Assembly (NCBI GenBank): GCA_964428895.1
Contig: CAYRZU010000002.1
Location: forward strand, 14,595-78,594
DNA length: 64,000 bases
From: an uncultured Planctomycetaceae bacterium
GTDB taxonomy: Bacteria > Planctomycetota > Phycisphaerae > SM23-33
Reading direction: 5' to 3'
This document shows, piece after piece, positions 63,383 through 64,000 of the stretch. The notes beneath the pieces were generated by a model, which was not told the origin of the DNA, ran no database searches, and was given only the letters and a program-made list of their open reading frames with translations. A program made the translations under genes and the position numbers. The first letter of the stretch is position 1. Each line of letters starts with the position of its first letter.

Positions 63383-64000
63383 TCAGATTAGCGGCTCGCC
63401 CCGCAGTTTCATCACACGCTCGATGAGTTGGTCTTCCCAGCCGCCTGCGGGGGATGATGGGATTCGGTCCTCGGCTTTCATGGCGGCGTAGACTTGTGCG
63501 ATGCCTTCGGCCAGAGAGATGACCGGGGCGAACTCCGGGACGTCGGCTAGGAGGGCGTTGGGGCTGTAGTAGACGTTGTGCTGGAAGATGTCGCGACAGA
63601 TCTCGTGGCCGGGGACTTCGAGGGCTTCAAGGTCGGCGCAACTGACGCCGATCATCTCGACGGACTGGCCGAGAACGTCCATGGCTGTCCGGTGATAGTC
63701 GGCCCAGGTTGTGTAGCCCTGGCGGACCAAGTTGTAGGTGCGGCCGAAACAAACAACTCGGCCCAGCATGTGGGCGAAGGCTAGCGCCGCGTCATCGACG
63801 TGCAGGAACTGGTGGATCGCGAGGCCGTCGCCGCAGATCAGGATCGGCCGGCCCTCCAACACGCGGCTGATCCAACTGAACTCCCAGGCGACCTGTCGTA
63901 GCAGGCCCATCTTGGGTCCGTAGGTGGTGGAGGGCTTGACGATGGTCACGGGGAAGCCGTCGCGGCGGTGGGCGTCGAGAAAAGCATCATCCGCGGCGAC
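63383..64000 (-). CDS. NAD-dependent epimerase/dehydratase-like protein, C-terminal part (5' end beyond the window edge)
   Basis: The minus-strand ORF is open to the window edge. Content is like the C-terminal half of an extended SDR. Confidence 0.45.
   Translation of the reverse strand, partial: VAADDAFLDAHRRDGFPVTIVKPSTTYGPKMGLLRQVAWEFSWISRVLEGRPILICGDGLAIHQFLHVDDAALAFAHMLGRVVCFGRTYNLVRQGYTTWADYHRTAMDVLGQSVEMIGVSCADLEALEVPGHEICRDIFQHNVYYSPNALLADVPEFAPVISLAEGIAQVYAAMKAEDRIPSSPAGGWEDQLIERVMKLRGEPLI

Noticed and set aside
1-64000. CRISPR arrays, tRNA/rRNA genes, transposases or integrases
   Set aside because: I found no regularly spaced short repeats, no tRNA-like cloverleaf candidates or rRNA-like stretches, and no DDE/tyrosine-recombinase-like ORFs on inspection. 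The only candidate mobile feature is the AT-rich insert at 571-1700.

Overview
This is a high-GC (about two-thirds G+C by eye), gene-dense window. It looks like a polysaccharide-utilisation region from a sulfatase-rich, PEP-CTERM-bearing anaerobe, most plausibly from the PVC superphylum (Planctomycetota, Kiritimatiellota or Verrucomicrobiota); that placement is an inference. I could support about 50 CDSs.

Main content:
- Six Cys-type (C-x-P-x-R) formylglycine sulfatases.
- Many glycoside hydrolases and lyases: GH2 beta-mannosidase, a clan GH-A/GH5-like enzyme, GH95-like, GH20, GH32, GH116, GH127, a heparinase II/III-like lyase, a PL22-like oligogalacturonate lyase and a CE4 deacetylase.
- Many redox enzymes: aldo/keto reductase, Old Yellow Enzyme, FAD-dependent oxidoreductase, two SDR-type enzymes, Gfo/Idh/MocA, Zn-dependent alcohol dehydrogenase.
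- Two URO-D-like proteins, a LuxR-type regulator, a DedA membrane protein and panD.

Things that stand out:
- An AT-rich single-gene insertion (571-1635, minus) bracketed by a duplicated terminator-like sequence with a perfect 16-bp direct repeat. The gene carries an R-x4-H HEPN-like motif, so it is a candidate Abi/defence gene.
- A compact glycyl-radical enzyme of the C-x-E eliminase class (7580-9748). No radical-SAM activase is present anywhere in the window.
- Five PEP-CTERM surface proteins, four of which share a conserved C-terminal module of dockerin-type Ca-binding repeats plus the PEP-CTERM anchor. One of them carries an FGE/SUMF1 domain that appears to lack the catalytic Cys.
- A divergent pair of PHP-domain paralogs, and a deletion scar (29680-29976) that fuses the 3' ends of an FAD-oxidoreductase paralog and a PHP paralog.
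- Two apparently frameshifted genes: a ceramidase-like gene split at a G8 tract, and a PL22-like lyase.
- An enrichment of G/C homopolymer tracts of 8-9 nt in promoter and 5' regions, and a recurring extended -10 motif (TGCTAGAAT/TGTTATAAT).

I recognised no rRNA, tRNA, CRISPR array or transposase. Everything was read by eye from the sequence and the ORF track with no searches run, so family calls rest on recalled motifs and need confirmation.
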